NCBI GenBank assembly: GCA_041738755.1
Contig: JBGSPE010000003.1
Span: 1-60,601, forward strand
Length of the DNA stretch: 60,601 nucleotides
DNA from: Minisyncoccia bacterium
GTDB taxonomy: Bacteria; Patescibacteriota; Minisyncoccia; Phycocordibacterales; UBA918
Reading direction: 5' to 3'
In this document: piece after piece, positions 59,019 to 60,601 of the stretch
How the letters are laid out: each line of letters starts with the position of its first letter
Numbering within the stretch: position 1 is the first letter of the stretch
The notes under the pieces: model-generated
Told to the model about the DNA's origin: nothing
Databases searched by the model: none
What the model saw: only the letters and a program-made list of their open reading frames with translations
Translations under genes and position numbers: made by a program

Positions 59019-59624
59019 CTATACTGTATCCCATATATGAATATTTTTGCAATAGGTTACGCGGTGTATAGATGAGAGTCCAATGGAAGCAATTGTTTGC
59101 CGATGAGCTTTTGTACCGTAGCCTTTGTGGGTATCGAAACTATATGCGGGAAATTGCGGAGCAATTTCCCGCATATATGCATCACGAGTTTCTTTCGCAC
59201 AGATAGACGCCAAACCAATCACTAATTCCTTACTATCACCTTTTATAATTGTCTCTTGCGAATATTCCGCTGGAGCCTTCAGGGAACCATCTAATTTTAT
59301 ATGGCACGCAATCGGTGAAAGCTGTAGTTTCATCAAACCGTTTTGGATACACTCACGAATTACCACAGCGATTCCTTTTGTATCAATCGCCTCAGCGTCT
59401 CCTAACATCACAACAAAATCAAGCTTCCCTGCTTGTTGTAATAGTTTTACTCCCAAAAATATCTCTGCTCTATTCTTCGTCGACACCTTCTTACTATCTC
59501 CCACCCCAGGAAGTAAATTCCAGTCAAAGTCAGCTGCTACTTTCACTAACCCTACCGCAACCGGTCCCGCCAGTGGCCCTCTTCCTGCTTCATCAACTCC
59601 AATCTGCCAGACAACGCTGTTCAT
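59019..59624 (-). CDS. rnhB: Ribonuclease HII
   Basis: GVDEAGRGPLAGPV, DSKK, DG, IKGD, ASI.AK..RD and HKGYGT. Confidence 0.97.
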   Translation of the reverse strand: MNSVVWQIGVDEAGRGPLAGPVAVGLVKVAADFDWNLLPGVGDSKKVSTKNRAEIFLGVKLLQQAGKLDFVVMLGDAEAIDTKGIAVVIRECIQNGLMKLQLSPIACHIKLDGSLKAPAEYSQETIIKGDSKELVIGLASICAKETRDAYMREIAPQFPAYSFDTHKGYGTKAHRQTIASIGLSSIHRVTYCKNIHIWDTV

Positions 59625-59661
59625 AACTCTCTCATACGATTTTTGGTATACTAAGTATACT

Positions 59662-60601
59662 ATGCCAGTAACTCCGAAACTCGAAGCCTCCTTCGTCCAC
59701 CTTCATGTCCACTCACACTACTCGCTCTTAAATGCACTCCCCACCCCCAAAGAACTAGCCAAAGCTGCCAAAGCTGACGGCCAAGACGCCCTCGCAATTA
59801 CCGATGCTGGAGCTCTCTACGGGGCTATCGACTTTTATAAGGCATGTACCAATGAGGGTATTAAACCCATTATTGGACTAGATGCCTTTTTAGCTCCACG
59901 CACCCGCTTTGATAAAGAAACGCAAATAGACAAACCTCGCAGTCGGGTCGTATTACTCGCCAAAACCTTCAAGGGCTATCAAAACCTTATTCAGCTTGTT
60001 ACCCGTTCAAACTTCGAAGGCTTTTACTATCGCCCACGGATTGATGACGAACTGTTACAAGAGCTCCATGAAGACATTATTTGTATCATTCCTTCGTTTG
60101 CTGGCGAAGTAGCCCAAGCCCTGAAGGATGTTAATCCCGAAAAAGCAGCGGAGCAACTTGATTGGTACAAAGGTGTGTTTGGCGACGACTGTTACCTCGA
60201 AATTTCTCACCACCCCGAAATGTTTGGTCATATGGAAAACCAGGCAAAAATTAAAGCTCTAGCCATCAGCACCAATACTCCCCTGGTAGCCGCTCACGAC
60301 GTCTACTATCTCAAACCAAGCGACCGTATCGCCCGTGAGACAATGATTAAAATCCAAAATGGAGGGGTGGTTGATACCTCAAGTGATCATTCCCTAGATG
60401 AAAACTTTTCGTTTACTTCGCAAGCTGAAATGAAAGAGTGGTTTTCTGATACGCCTGAAGCGCTTTCAAATACCGTCAAAATCGCCGAACAATGTACGGT
60501 AGAGATTGAAATTGGAACTCATTGGTACTTCCCGGATTATATTATCGAAAGTGGTCGTGAACCAGATGAAGAACTCAAGGTCAGTGCCTACGAAGGTGTA
60601 A
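59662..60601 (+). CDS. dnaE: DNA polymerase III alpha subunit (5' partial, PHP domain)
   Basis: MPVTPKLEASFVHLHVHSHYSLL..ALAITD.G.LYGAIDFYKAC..GIKPIIG..GFYYRPRID; the ORF runs off the window. Confidence 0.95.
   Translation, partial: MPVTPKLEASFVHLHVHSHYSLLNALPTPKELAKAAKADGQDALAITDAGALYGAIDFYKACTNEGIKPIIGLDAFLAPRTRFDKETQIDKPRSRVVLLAKTFKGYQNLIQLVTRSNFEGFYYRPRIDDELLQELHEDIICIIPSFAGEVAQALKDVNPEKAAEQLDWYKGVFGDDCYLEISHHPEMFGHMENQAKIKALAISTNTPLVAAHDVYYLKPSDRIARETMIKIQNGGVVDTSSDHSLDENFSFTSQAEMKEWFSDTPEALSNTVKIAEQCTVEIEIGTHWYFPDYIIESGREPDEELKVSAYEGV

Overview
Chromosomal segment of a reduced-genome bacterium, most likely Patescibacteria/CPR (Parcubacteria-like); this is inferred from gene content and compact architecture, and the genetic code is standard code 11. 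Most of it is housekeeping: mutM, ung, a full F-type ATP synthase operon, truB-like, an alpha-glucan cluster, rpmG, fba, prmC, hisS, uppP, dsbA, a UvrD-nuclease fusion, dnaG-rpoD, rpoBC, rpsP-khpA-trmD, rnr, smc, pilins, rnc, nusB, rpmF, rnhB and the 5' end of dnaE. No CRISPR array, rRNA, transposase or integrase was seen. Highlights: (1) tRNA-Asn(GTT) is split by a group I intron between anticodon positions 35/36 and preceded by a tRNA-derived structured leader. (2) An RnfD/NqrB-FNR fusion, an FMN-binding protein and ApbE sit directly next to an ATP synthase whose c-subunit has a Na+-binding signature and whose epsilon is truncated, suggesting a minimal Na+ redox circuit. (3) Three copies of a ~120-nt covarying palindromic element each contain the stop codon of rpoD, rpoC or khpA. 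(4) Core genes look leaderless, whereas orphan cassettes carry Shine-Dalgarno sites. (5) Unusual proteins include a stand-alone tandem RNAP alpha-CTD protein, an apparently hinge-less SMC and a NusB-Nudix fusion. All calls come from reading motifs by eye; no searches were run.
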